The notes beneath the pieces were generated by a model that saw nothing but the letters and a program-made list of their open reading frames with translations, was not told the DNA's origin and ran no database searches. Made by a program: the position numbers and the translations under genes. Shown in pieces: positions 20,238 through 29,418 of a DNA stretch of 64,000 nucleotides (the first letter of the stretch is position 1; every line of letters begins with the position of its first letter). The stretch is from the NCBI GenBank assembly GCA_963719085.1, contig CAVRAL010000001.1, positions 704,001-768,000 on the forward strand. The letters run 5' to 3'. The stretch comes from a candidate division FCPU426 bacterium (GTDB lineage Bacteria > Oederibacteriota > Muellerivitia > Muellerivitales > Muellerivitaceae).

Positions 20238-21139
20238 CATTGAAAATGACGCCGAGAGTTTGTCCGGTTTGCGGAAACTCGGATGACTCAAAGGTCTTCG
20301 CGCCGGCCCGCTTTGACTTAGACCAATTGGACGAGTTCGCTTTCGCTTCCCGCAAAATCCCCGAATACATGAATTTCCGGCTGGTGATTTGCCCCCGGTG
20401 CGACCTGCTTTACGCTAGCCCTATTCTTTCGATGGGAAAAATATTGTCCGCTTATGAGGACGCGGCTTTTGACAGCCAGCAAGAGGCGGCCGCGGCCGCC
20501 CGGACCTATGGCCGCATCCTGGACGGCTTTCTCGACCAAGTTCCCTCGAATCGGGATGGCGCCTTGGATATTGGGACCGGCGACGGCGCTTTTTTAGCCG
20601 AGTTAGTGAAACGCCAATTTACCCATGTGCGGGGGATTGAGCCGTCCAAAGCCCCCATTCAAGCGGCGAAAGAAGATCTAAGGCCCTTGATCAAGCAGGG
20701 CGTTTTTAACCCCAAACAGTTTAAAAAAGACAGCCTGTCGCTCGTCAGTTGTTTTCAAACCTTTGAGCACGTGGGAAACCCGCTGGAAATCGCCCGAGGC
20801 GCCTTTAAAATTCTTAAAAAGGGCGGCGTCTTTTTTGTGATTTCCCACAATCGCAAGGCGCTCTCCACCCAAATTCTTGGAAGATACTCGCCCATCTTTG
20901 ACATCGAGCATCTCCAACTTTTTTCTTTTCCAAGCGTACGATTTTTATTCGAGAAGGCGGGATTTAAAAAAATCATGATCAAGCGTTTTCTCGACACCTA
21001 TCCTTTGAATTACTGGATGCGGCTGGCGCCTTTGCCCGCCAAGCGAAAGCTGATTTCGCTGTTTGAGAAAATGGGTTTGAGCCGGCTGCCGATAAAGATT
21101 TACGCCGGCAATATGGCGGTCATCGGGGTGAAGGAATAA
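20234..21139 (+). CDS. Class I SAM-dependent methyltransferase with N-terminal CxxC...CxxC
   Basis: CPVC and CPRC pairs; LDIGTGDG SAM motif; FEH motif. Confidence 0.85.
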   Translation: MTLKMTPRVCPVCGNSDDSKVFAPARFDLDQLDEFAFASRKIPEYMNFRLVICPRCDLLYASPILSMGKILSAYEDAAFDSQQEAAAAARTYGRILDGFLDQVPSNRDGALDIGTGDGAFLAELVKRQFTHVRGIEPSKAPIQAAKEDLRPLIKQGVFNPKQFKKDSLSLVSCFQTFEHVGNPLEIARGAFKILKKGGVFFVISHNRKALSTQILGRYSPIFDIEHLQLFSFPSVRFLFEKAGFKKIMIKRFLDTYPLNYWMRLAPLPAKRKLISLFEKMGLSRLPIKIYAGNMAVIGVKE

Positions 21140-21142
21140 GTC

Positions 21143-21949
21143 ATGATGAACAAAAAGGTTTCCGCCGAAAAATCCTTAAATGAAAGACTCATCCATCCTC
21201 CAGTCAACCGGGCGGCCTATTCGGACAGGACCGCTTGGATTTTGGCCTGCTGTTCCAAGATGGCTTATCACAAGATCCCCCAGTTAAGAGCCGGACTCAA
21301 AAAGTTTGATTTAAGATTGGTGAAGCAGTTTTATTGCGACGATAACCAAAATTTCGCTTATTTGGCTGTCCACTCAACCTACGCGGTTTTGGCCTTTAAG
21401 GGGACAGTTCCCGGCGAGATCCACACGGTCGAAACGGACGCGGATTTTTGGCAGGTCCAAAGTAAATATGGCGCCGTGCACGAGGGTTTTTTGGACACTT
21501 ACCGGGAATTGGCCAAGGAAATCGAACCGGCGCTTCGAAAAATCGACCTTCCCATCTATATCACCGGCCATAGCTTGGGTGGAGCCTTGGCCCTTTTAGC
21601 CACGGTGTTCATCACGGATCAGGACAAACTGGCCGCCTGTTACAACTACGGCTGCCCCCGGGTGGGAACCGATCCCATGGCCGACCGAATTTTCAAAGTG
21701 CCGGTTTACCGCTGTGTGCATCACGCCGATATCGTTCCCGCGGTTCCGCTGCTCATTCAAGGTTACCGCCAATATGGGGACACCCGCTACTTACGGGACA
21801 ATGGCAAGGTTTGCGAGGGAAGCCAGGCTGTGGCACGGCGTTTTTTCGCGACTTTAAACCCTTTGAATTGGCTTCACTGTATTTCCGACCACGGAATTGA
21901 GAACTATATCCGTATCTTGGAAGAGTACGCCAAAATCCGGAACCGCTAG
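21143..21949 (+). CDS. Lipase class 3 family protein
   Basis: VHEGF, ITGHSLGGALA, YGCPRVG, DIVP.VP, C-terminal DH. Confidence 0.9.
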   Translation: MMNKKVSAEKSLNERLIHPPVNRAAYSDRTAWILACCSKMAYHKIPQLRAGLKKFDLRLVKQFYCDDNQNFAYLAVHSTYAVLAFKGTVPGEIHTVETDADFWQVQSKYGAVHEGFLDTYRELAKEIEPALRKIDLPIYITGHSLGGALALLATVFITDQDKLAACYNYGCPRVGTDPMADRIFKVPVYRCVHHADIVPAVPLLIQGYRQYGDTRYLRDNGKVCEGSQAVARRFFATLNPLNWLHCISDHGIENYIRILEEYAKIRNR

Positions 21950-22044
21950 TCCCTCCGCCCGTTTAAAGCTCTTGAGGTTGATTTTTCTCACTCGAAAGTT
22001 GATCCTCTAGACAGGTTAAAGATAAGAAGCGGAAAGCGGGCGGC

Positions 22045-23025
22045 ATGAATGGAACGATGAAGGTGTTGGCGGCATCCCACTACGGTCCTTTGGATCAACT
22101 TCGGGTCATCGAACTTCCGACTCCAGAACCCGCCCCGGGTGAAATTCGCGTGCGGGTCGCAGCCTCAGCGTTAAACCCGGCGGATTTTAAAGTCATCCTG
22201 GGAACGATGAAATTTCTGCATGGCCGGAATTTTCCGTTGGTGCCCGGCTATGATTTTTCGGGGACAATTGAGGCGGTGGGACCGGAAACCGAATCTTTTA
22301 AGATGGGCGACGAGGTGTTCGGCTTTTTGCCTTACGGGATGAAAAACAAGCGGGGCGCCTTCGCGGAAACGATCATCGCGAAAGCGGCTGAAGTGGCTTT
22401 TAAACCGGCCAACGTTTCCCATGCCCAAGCGGCCGCTTCCGCGACACCCGGGCTTACCGCGATTCAATCCTTGCGCGATCTTGGCGGCCTTCGGGGAACG
22501 GGTACCCGAATTTTGGTCAATGGAGTTTCCGGTGGAGTGGGTTCAATCGCCATCGGCATCGCCAAGCGGATGGGGGCTTCGGTGACCGCCGTTGGCGCGG
22601 GCGGCGGGCTTGATTTGGCCCGGAAATTGGGGGCTGAAACCGTCATCGATCGAAAATCACAGGATGTTTTCGCCGAAGCCAAGGGCCTTTTTGACGTCGT
22701 TCTTGATGCCGCGGCCGCTTACCACTGGAGCCAATGGAAATCGTTTTTGAAGCCGGGCGGGGCCTATGTCACGACACTTCCATCCTTGGGTTACGCCAAG
22801 GACATGATCACCAGCTTTTTTAGCTCGACGAAAAATCGGTTCATCATGGTGAAATCCAAAGCCAATGATCTGAAGCTATTGGGGGAATGGCTGTCGACTG
22901 GTCTTGAGGTGCATCTGGATTCGACCATTCCGGTACGGGATGTCGCCAAAGGCTTGGCCCGATTGCAAAAGGGTGAAACGGTTGGACGGATTGCGGTGGA
23001 TCTTTTGAATTGGTTCGAAAACTAA
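22045..23025 (+). CDS. NAD(P)-dependent quinone oxidoreductase / MDR family
   Basis: ALNPADFK, PGYDFSG, NGVSGGVGS. Confidence 0.88.
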   Translation: MNGTMKVLAASHYGPLDQLRVIELPTPEPAPGEIRVRVAASALNPADFKVILGTMKFLHGRNFPLVPGYDFSGTIEAVGPETESFKMGDEVFGFLPYGMKNKRGAFAETIIAKAAEVAFKPANVSHAQAAASATPGLTAIQSLRDLGGLRGTGTRILVNGVSGGVGSIAIGIAKRMGASVTAVGAGGGLDLARKLGAETVIDRKSQDVFAEAKGLFDVVLDAAAAYHWSQWKSFLKPGGAYVTTLPSLGYAKDMITSFFSSTKNRFIMVKSKANDLKLLGEWLSTGLEVHLDSTIPVRDVAKGLARLQKGETVGRIAVDLLNWFEN

Positions 23026-23060
23026 CTATTCAATATTTAATTTAATTCAGAAAGACTTTT

Positions 23061-23678
23061 GTGAAGAAGAAAAAAGCTAAGAGAATTGGGTTCAATATAA
23101 AACCATTTCACGACTTAGTCGTTTTTGACTTGGAAACAACCGGTTTCGCGCCGGCGGATATCATCCAAATCGCCGCGATTCGGATGACTGAAGGTCGTAT
23201 CGTTGAAGAAGACTTCTTTTTTTCGTATGTCAAACCCAGTTGTCGTCTGGATCCATTCATCATTGATTACACCGGCATCACTGAAAACGACGTTAAAAAC
23301 GCCCCTCGCCCTGATGTTGTTCTTCCAAAATTCTTTGAATATTGTAAAGAATCCCTTCTGGTCGCCCATAACGGACAATCTTTTGATATCCCTATGATCC
23401 GCAGGATTTCCGAGCAATATGGCCTCAAAGCCCGTCCTACCGAATCGATTGATTCAATGCATCTCTCCTGGAACTTGTGGGGACGACGAAAAGTTTCCTC
23501 GCATGGATTGGACGCCGTCATTGCCCGTTCAAACGTATCTAAAGAGGGAATTCGCCGGCATGACGCCCGGGGTGACGTGATGATGACCGCCAAATGCGTT
23601 CAACACATGGTGAACGAACTTGAAAAACGTCCTGACGAAATATCATTAAATATCAACAATTGTTTGTTCTCCAATTAA
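23061..23678 (+). CDS. Stand-alone DEDDh 3'-5' exonuclease (DnaQ/PolC-exo-like)
   Basis: FDLETTG (ExoI), AHNGQSFD (ExoII), HDARGD (ExoIII). Confidence 0.9.
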   Translation: MKKKKAKRIGFNIKPFHDLVVFDLETTGFAPADIIQIAAIRMTEGRIVEEDFFFSYVKPSCRLDPFIIDYTGITENDVKNAPRPDVVLPKFFEYCKESLLVAHNGQSFDIPMIRRISEQYGLKARPTESIDSMHLSWNLWGRRKVSSHGLDAVIARSNVSKEGIRRHDARGDVMMTAKCVQHMVNELEKRPDEISLNINNCLFSN

Positions 23679-23691
23679 TTGATTTTGAATA

Positions 23692-23720
23692 TCGACAGGG
23701 GCGAATCGAGCCTTTAACAT
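23692..23720 (+). promoter_or_regulatory. Putative sigma70 promoter for purM onward
   Basis: TCGACA-17 bp-TAACAT upstream of GGGAGG RBS. Confidence 0.5.
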
Positions 23721-23758
23721 ACAGTCCTCACTAGCCACCGGACTTTTGGGAGGATCTT

Positions 23759-24790
23759 TTGAAGCAAGTTAGCTACGAAGACGCGGGCGTCAATATCGAG
23801 AAGGGCAACGAGTCGGTCCAACGGATCAAGCAACTCGTCAAAAAGACCTTCAACTCTGCGGTTCTTTCCGACATCGGCCTGTTCGGCGGGCTCTTTGAGT
23901 TCGATACCACCAAGTACAAAAAACCCGTTCTCGTCTCCTCCACTGACGGCGTCGGCACCAAAACCCAAATCGGTGTGGCGATGAAGCAATACGCCAACCT
24001 GGGCCGCGATATCGTCGGTCATTCGATTAATGACATTCTCGTTCAAGGCGCCAAGCCGCTCTTTTTTCTCGATTACCTGGCGGCGGGAAAGCTGGATGTT
24101 TCGGTTGTGGAGCAAATCGTTTCCGGCATGGTAGATGAATGCGTCAAAGCCGGGTTGGTCCTGATCGGCGGGGAAACCGCTGAAATGCCTTCGGTTTATA
24201 AAGAAGGGGATTACGATATCGCTGGAACCATTGTGGGAGTGGTGGAAAAAGACAAGGTCATCCGTGGTCAAAATGTGAAGCCGGGTGATTTTTGTATCGG
24301 CCTTCCTTCGGTTTCCTTACACACCAACGGCTATTCTTTGGCCCGCAAATTGGTGACGGATGTGGCCGGTTTGAAATACACCGATTTCGTCAAAGAAGTG
24401 AACGGTGTCATCGGGGAAGTCTTGCTCGTTCCCCACAAAAGCTATTACCCTGAAATTTACCCCATCTTGGATCAAGTCGAAGTGAAGGCCATGGCTCATA
24501 TTACCGGCGGGGGGTTGATTGACAATCCGCCCCGCGTGCTTCCGGAGGGCTGCCGCATTCAATTTAAGCGCGGTTCTTGGAAGACGCTTCCGGTTTTTGA
24601 CTGGTTGGTTAAAACCGGCAACATTGGTGAATTTGAAGCCTATCGGTCGCTCAACATGGGCGTCGGCATGGTCATCATTGTTTCCAAAGACAACGTCGAT
24701 AAGGCGGTTGCCTTGCTAAAACAAAACGGTGCCGATCCTTCGGTGATCGGTGAAGTGGTGGCCGGTCAAAAAGGCGTCGAGTTCGTTTAA
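23759..24790 (+). CDS. purM: AIR synthetase
   Basis: YEDAGV, STDGVGTK, GGETAEMP, HTNGYSL, HITGGG, NMGVGM. Confidence 0.97.
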   Translation: MKQVSYEDAGVNIEKGNESVQRIKQLVKKTFNSAVLSDIGLFGGLFEFDTTKYKKPVLVSSTDGVGTKTQIGVAMKQYANLGRDIVGHSINDILVQGAKPLFFLDYLAAGKLDVSVVEQIVSGMVDECVKAGLVLIGGETAEMPSVYKEGDYDIAGTIVGVVEKDKVIRGQNVKPGDFCIGLPSVSLHTNGYSLARKLVTDVAGLKYTDFVKEVNGVIGEVLLVPHKSYYPEIYPILDQVEVKAMAHITGGGLIDNPPRVLPEGCRIQFKRGSWKTLPVFDWLVKTGNIGEFEAYRSLNMGVGMVIIVSKDNVDKAVALLKQNGADPSVIGEVVAGQKGVEFV

Positions 24791-24802
24791 AGCGAAAACA
24801 TG

Positions 24803-24914
24803 TTTCATCGCCAAGACGCCAAGTTCACCAAGAACAGCGGAAGAAAAATCAGCGATGTTGAAAATCTAATCTCTTTTTTTATTTCTTGGCGAACTTGGCG
24901 TCTTGGCGGTAAAA
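24803..24914. repeat. Intergenic palindrome family A
   Basis: TTTCATCGCCAAGACGCCAAGTTCACCAAGAA / TTCTTGGCGAACTTGGCGTCTTGGCGGTAAAA. Confidence 0.9.
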
Positions 24915-24953
24915 GGGTTTTGCTTATCCTTAGTTTTTACTGAAAGGTTCTTG

Positions 24954-26969
24954 GTGCGGGCGGCATCCATTCCTGAAAACAAAAATCCGACCGCGCCGAT
25001 TCAGGTGAGCGGTTGGAAATTGGCCCTGGACCGGGCCCCGCTTTTTATGTCCGTGCTTCTTCTGTTTATCCTTCCTTTTATCACCCAACCCGACAGCGCT
25101 GATCCGATCGAAGTAAAAGCCTTGCTCGCCCAAATCATCGTCTTTTTGATCTTGGGTGCTTGGGTTTTGAAGGTTTACTTAAGCGGTCAGTGGACCGTGG
25201 TTTACACCACTGCGTTTCTCCCGCTTTTGCTTTTGGTGCTTTGGGTCGCGGGGACCCTCTTTTTTTCACCCTTCGCGTCGGTGGGGTGGCGAAGCTTCTT
25301 TTCGGATATGTACCTGCCTCTTTGGTATCTGCTCCTCACTCAAACCTGCGTGGAAGTTTGGCGGGCGGAAAATTTAATCATCACTTTCTTAATGGCGGCT
25401 TTTGGAACGTCACTGTGGGCCATTGCCCAAGCCCTGGGGTTTGACCATGGCGTGTGGGGAGTCATCGCGGCTCAAAGCTTTCAAGGACGGGTCACGGCGG
25501 GCTTGGGCAACCCCGAATTTCTGGCCGGCTTTTTATTAACCGCGTGGCCATTGGCCTTGGCTCTGTCACTTCGGGCTTCCTCGAAAGGCGCCAAGCTTTT
25601 ATGGGCGGTGATTTTGGTGACCTCTTGGATTGCCCTGGTCTTAACCCAAAGCAAAGCCGGCTGGCTGGGCGGGGTGATCGGTCTTTTGACTTTTGTTTTC
25701 TTTTACTTCTGGAAAAGCCAGGACACGGCTTTAGCCCGCCGATGGTTTATCGGTCTGGCGCTGTTGCTCGTGGTTTTGACCCTGGCCTCGCCCCTGAAAA
25801 ATAGGTTATCCGATCTTTCGAATCCTCAAAATGAATCCATCCAGTTTCGGGAAGAAGTCTGGAAGGGAACTTGGGAAATGATCAAGGCCCATCCCATTCG
25901 GGGTACAGGATGGGGAACTTTTGAGACGGCTTACCCGCCTTACCGCCCGGAAGCTTTGATGTTGAACCAAAAGCAAAGAAGTTTTGAGGTTGAGCATGCC
26001 CATAATTGGGTTTTGGAGTGGGTGGCGGAGACGGGCTTTGTGGGATTGGGGTTATTGTTATTTTTCGTGGCGGCGGTTTGTTTTCAGTGGTGGAAGCTTT
26101 ACGCGGCCAAGGCGATTCCGGCGGCGCTGGGGGCGGCGGCCGCGGCGGTTTTCGCCGGAGTCAAGGTTGACAATTTTTTTGACGTGAACAGCAGCCTGCC
26201 TTCCACGTTGGTCCCGCTTTTATTCGTTGCCGCGCTTCCGGTGGCGCTTTCCAACCGCTTCGTTCAAATCCCGGGCTTTCCGGTACGGGCCAAGGTTTGG
26301 AATTTAAAAGACTATAAAATTTACCTGGCGCCGGTCACTTTGTTGATCGTCCTTTTGATGATGGCAGGGGTCAACCGGGCGATGGACGGCCAAATAGCCG
26401 GCGCGATTTTGAAAATCGCGGAAAGCGACTCGCAATCCAAGCAGTGGGACAAGGCGATCGATTTATACAGCCGGGTGATTCGTATTGATCCTTCCAATGT
26501 GGAAGCGATTTATTTTAGGGGCGCCTCATACCTGGACCGGGACGCGGCGGGGGACGCGGGGCTAGCTTTGGCGGATTTTTTGGCGGTCCAAGCCCTGAAA
26601 CCTGATTATGTTTTAGTTCATTTTAAAAAGGCATTAGCTTTGAAGAAGTTAAATCGACTGCCCGAGGCGAGAGTCGAGATGAACCAGGCGGTGTCGCTTG
26701 ATCCCGAATTGATCGACCAGGATCCCGACTTTTTAAGGGCCGAGGGGCTGGCGGCCAAAAGGGATTATAAAAAGGCTTTGCCTCTTTATCAAAAATTGGT
26801 TTTCGACTATCCTGCCTGCGTTCCACTGCTCATCAACACCGCCAATACGATGGTGGAGTGCGGTTTGACCGCCCCCGCCCTTGATCTTTACAACCGGGCT
26901 CTCGTTTATGACCCGGGCAATTCGGACGCCCTTTCCAATTCTGCCGCTGTCAAAAAGATGAAGGAATAA
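24954..26969 (+). CDS. O-antigen ligase (Wzy_C/WaaL-like) family protein with C-terminal TPRs
   Basis: GLGNPEFLAG, TQSKAGWLG, R..VW......I..HP..G.G.GTF, HAHN..LE...ETG; TPR tail; start approximate. Confidence 0.85.
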   Translation: MRAASIPENKNPTAPIQVSGWKLALDRAPLFMSVLLLFILPFITQPDSADPIEVKALLAQIIVFLILGAWVLKVYLSGQWTVVYTTAFLPLLLLVLWVAGTLFFSPFASVGWRSFFSDMYLPLWYLLLTQTCVEVWRAENLIITFLMAAFGTSLWAIAQALGFDHGVWGVIAAQSFQGRVTAGLGNPEFLAGFLLTAWPLALALSLRASSKGAKLLWAVILVTSWIALVLTQSKAGWLGGVIGLLTFVFFYFWKSQDTALARRWFIGLALLLVVLTLASPLKNRLSDLSNPQNESIQFREEVWKGTWEMIKAHPIRGTGWGTFETAYPPYRPEALMLNQKQRSFEVEHAHNWVLEWVAETGFVGLGLLLFFVAAVCFQWWKLYAAKAIPAALGAAAAAVFAGVKVDNFFDVNSSLPSTLVPLLFVAALPVALSNRFVQIPGFPVRAKVWNLKDYKIYLAPVTLLIVLLMMAGVNRAMDGQIAGAILKIAESDSQSKQWDKAIDLYSRVIRIDPSNVEAIYFRGASYLDRDAAGDAGLALADFLAVQALKPDYVLVHFKKALALKKLNRLPEARVEMNQAVSLDPELIDQDPDFLRAEGLAAKRDYKKALPLYQKLVFDYPACVPLLINTANTMVECGLTAPALDLYNRALVYDPGNSDALSNSAAVKKMKE

Positions 26970-26991
26970 CCTTAGAAATTTAAAAAACCTA

Positions 26992-27097
26992 TTTCACCGC
27001 CAAGACGCCAAGTAAAGCTAAAGTCTGAATTTTGATTTAAAGATTTGACCCTGTTGATTTTGTGCTCTTGGCGAACTTGGCATCTTGGCGGTTCAAA
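26992..27097. repeat. Intergenic palindrome family A
   Basis: TTTCACCGCCAAGACGCCAAG ... CTTGGCGAACTTGGCATCTTGGCGGT. Confidence 0.88.
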
Positions 27098-27117
27098 TTG
27101 TTTGTAAGGAATCTACT

Positions 27118-27744
27118 TTGATCAAGATTGCCGTATTCGCGTCGGGGGGCGGGTCTAACCTTCAGGCCCTGATTGACGCCCAGGAAGCGGGTCTTTTCAA
27201 AAAAGCCGCCATCGGCTTGGTCTTTTCCAACCAACCGGAAGCGGGGGCGCTGGAGAGGGCCTCTAAACACCAAATTGAGGCGGTTTCGATCACCAGCAAG
27301 GGTTATCCCGGTACCCGGGAAGAATATGACGAAGAAGTACTTCGGCTTTGCCGGGCCAAAAAAATTGATCTTATCTGCCTGGCCGGTTATATGCGAATCA
27401 TGACTCCGGTTTTGATCAAGCCCTATCTTTATAAGATGATGAATATTCATCCGGCGCTTTTACCGAAATTTGGCGGGCCGGGCATGTATGGCCACCATGT
27501 GCATGAGGCGGTGGTGAAGGCGAAAGAAAAAGAAACCGGCGCGACCGTTCATTTTGTGACCGAGGGCGTGGACGCGGGCCCGGTGATTTTGCAGGGGGAT
27601 GTGAAGGTTTCACCGAATGATACGCCCCAAACCTTGGCCGAGCGGGTTTTGCGGGTGGAGCATCAAATTTACCCGGAAGCCGTGCGGCTCTTTTGCGAGG
27701 GGAAGATCAAAGTTGAAAATGGGCGCGTGAAAATCAGCTATTAA
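27118..27744 (+). CDS. purN: GAR transformylase
   Basis: ASGGGSNLQA, LAGYMRI, NIHPALLP, GATVHFV..GVD.GP; TTG after AAGGA. Confidence 0.97.
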   Translation: MIKIAVFASGGGSNLQALIDAQEAGLFKKAAIGLVFSNQPEAGALERASKHQIEAVSITSKGYPGTREEYDEEVLRLCRAKKIDLICLAGYMRIMTPVLIKPYLYKMMNIHPALLPKFGGPGMYGHHVHEAVVKAKEKETGATVHFVTEGVDAGPVILQGDVKVSPNDTPQTLAERVLRVEHQIYPEAVRLFCEGKIKVENGRVKISY

Positions 27745-27768
27745 CAAAATAACTATTTCGAGGGGAAC

Positions 27769-29343
27769 ATGGCCGACGATAAAGTCAAAATCAAACGGGC
27801 GCTGATCAGCGTTTCCGATAAAACCGGGTTGGTGGAGTTCGCCCGGGTGCTGGCGGATAACGGCGTGGAGCTTATCTCCACCGGCGGTACTTCCAAAGCC
27901 TTGAAGGAAGCGGGGTTAAAAGTATTCGACATTTCCGAAGTAACCGGCTTTCCCGAAATGCTGGATGGCCGGGTAAAGACCCTGCATCCGGTGGTCCATG
28001 GCGGCCTTTTGTCCCTGCGGGACAATCCGGAGCATATGAAAACCATCCAAGAGCACAACATCAAGCCCATCGACTTAGTTTGCGTGAATCTTTATCCCTT
28101 CGAGGCCACCATTTCGAAGCCCAATGTGGAACTTCATGAGGCGATCGAGAATATCGACATCGGCGGGCCCTCCATGATCCGCTCGGCTTCTAAAAATTAT
28201 CGAAGCGTGACGGTAGTCACTTCGCCTTCCCGTTATGCGGACGTCATTTTGGAAATGCGGGAAAACGACGGAGCCACCACTTTCAAACTGCGTCAAGAAT
28301 TGGCCATTGAGGCTTTCGGCAATACCGCCCGATATGACGGCATGATCCACGAATATCTGCACCGGAAACTTTCGGACAAGCCCTGGCCGGATGTCTTTAC
28401 CTTGTCCGGCATTAAGCTTCAGGAAATGCGTTATGGCGAAAACCCCCATCAGGGAGCGGCTTTTTACCGGGAACGGGCCAATCATTTGCCGACCATCGTC
28501 AATGGCAAGCAATTGCAAGGCAAAGAACTTTCGTATAACAACATCATGGACGCGGACGCGGCCTTGGGATTGGTGAAAGAATTTATCGACCCGGCGGCAG
28601 TCATTATTAAGCACACCAATCCTTGCGGCACGGCGATTGGCGCGGGAGTCCAAGAAGCCTTTCTGAAAGCTTTCGAGGCCGATCCCTTGTCGGCTTTTGG
28701 CGGGATCGTGGCCTTGAACCGGCCGGTGGATGAACAAACCGCCCGGCTTGTTTTGGAAAAGCTAAGCTTCTTTGAAATCATGCTGGCGCCTTCTTTTGAC
28801 GCGGGGGCTTTGAAATTATTCGGAGCGAAGAAAAACCTGCGGGTCATTTCGGTGGAGGGCCTTGGCTTTGTTACTGAAACGGTGCCGGGTTACCATGTGC
28901 GGCGCGTGGAAGGGGGCTTTTTGGTCCAAGAATTCGATCAGGCTTCCGAGGATAAAGGTGTTTATAAAATAATGACTGAAAAACAACCCGATTCTAAATT
29001 GTCCAAGGACATGGAAGTGGGTTGGAAGATCGTCAAGCATGTCAAGTCGAACGCCATTGTGTTGATCAAAGACGGCGTGACGGTGGGGGTTGGCGCGGGC
29101 CAGATGAACCGGGTTGGGTCTTTAGCGATCGCGATCGAGCAGGCGGGGGACAAGGCTAAGGGAAGCGTGATGGCCTCGGACGCGCTTTTGCCTTTCAGGG
29201 ACAGCGTGGACGCCTGCGCCAAAGCGGGAATCGCGGCCATTATTCAGACCGGGGGAAGTGTAAGAGACGCGGAGGTCATCCAAGCGGCCAACGAGCACGG
29301 CATCCCGATGGTCTTTACGACTTATAGGCACTTCAAACATTAA
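27769..29343 (+). CDS. purH: Bifunctional AICAR transformylase/IMP cyclohydrolase
   Basis: ALISVSDKTG, GRVKTLHP, RYGENPHQ, KHVKSNAI, RHFKH end. Confidence 0.97.
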   Translation: MADDKVKIKRALISVSDKTGLVEFARVLADNGVELISTGGTSKALKEAGLKVFDISEVTGFPEMLDGRVKTLHPVVHGGLLSLRDNPEHMKTIQEHNIKPIDLVCVNLYPFEATISKPNVELHEAIENIDIGGPSMIRSASKNYRSVTVVTSPSRYADVILEMRENDGATTFKLRQELAIEAFGNTARYDGMIHEYLHRKLSDKPWPDVFTLSGIKLQEMRYGENPHQGAAFYRERANHLPTIVNGKQLQGKELSYNNIMDADAALGLVKEFIDPAAVIIKHTNPCGTAIGAGVQEAFLKAFEADPLSAFGGIVALNRPVDEQTARLVLEKLSFFEIMLAPSFDAGALKLFGAKKNLRVISVEGLGFVTETVPGYHVRRVEGGFLVQEFDQASEDKGVYKIMTEKQPDSKLSKDMEVGWKIVKHVKSNAIVLIKDGVTVGVGAGQMNRVGSLAIAIEQAGDKAKGSVMASDALLPFRDSVDACAKAGIAAIIQTGGSVRDAEVIQAANEHGIPMVFTTYRHFKH

Positions 29344-29358
29344 CCAACACAAACTGCT

Positions 29359-29383
29359 CACGCAAAGACGCTAAGACGCCAAG
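29359..29383. repeat. Solo left arm of family A palindrome
   Basis: CACGCAAAGACGCTAAGACGCCAAG (8-bp periodic), no right arm. Confidence 0.6.
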
Positions 29384-29418
29384 TAGGGCAAAGACGTAGG
29401 ATTTTTTAGGGGGATGCT

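Noticed and set aside
23061..23678. Naming the gene dnaQ
   Set aside because: Accessory context and no evident Pol III-binding tail
11551..23678. Calling the insertion a mobile element
   Set aside because: No transposase, integrase or flanking direct repeats found
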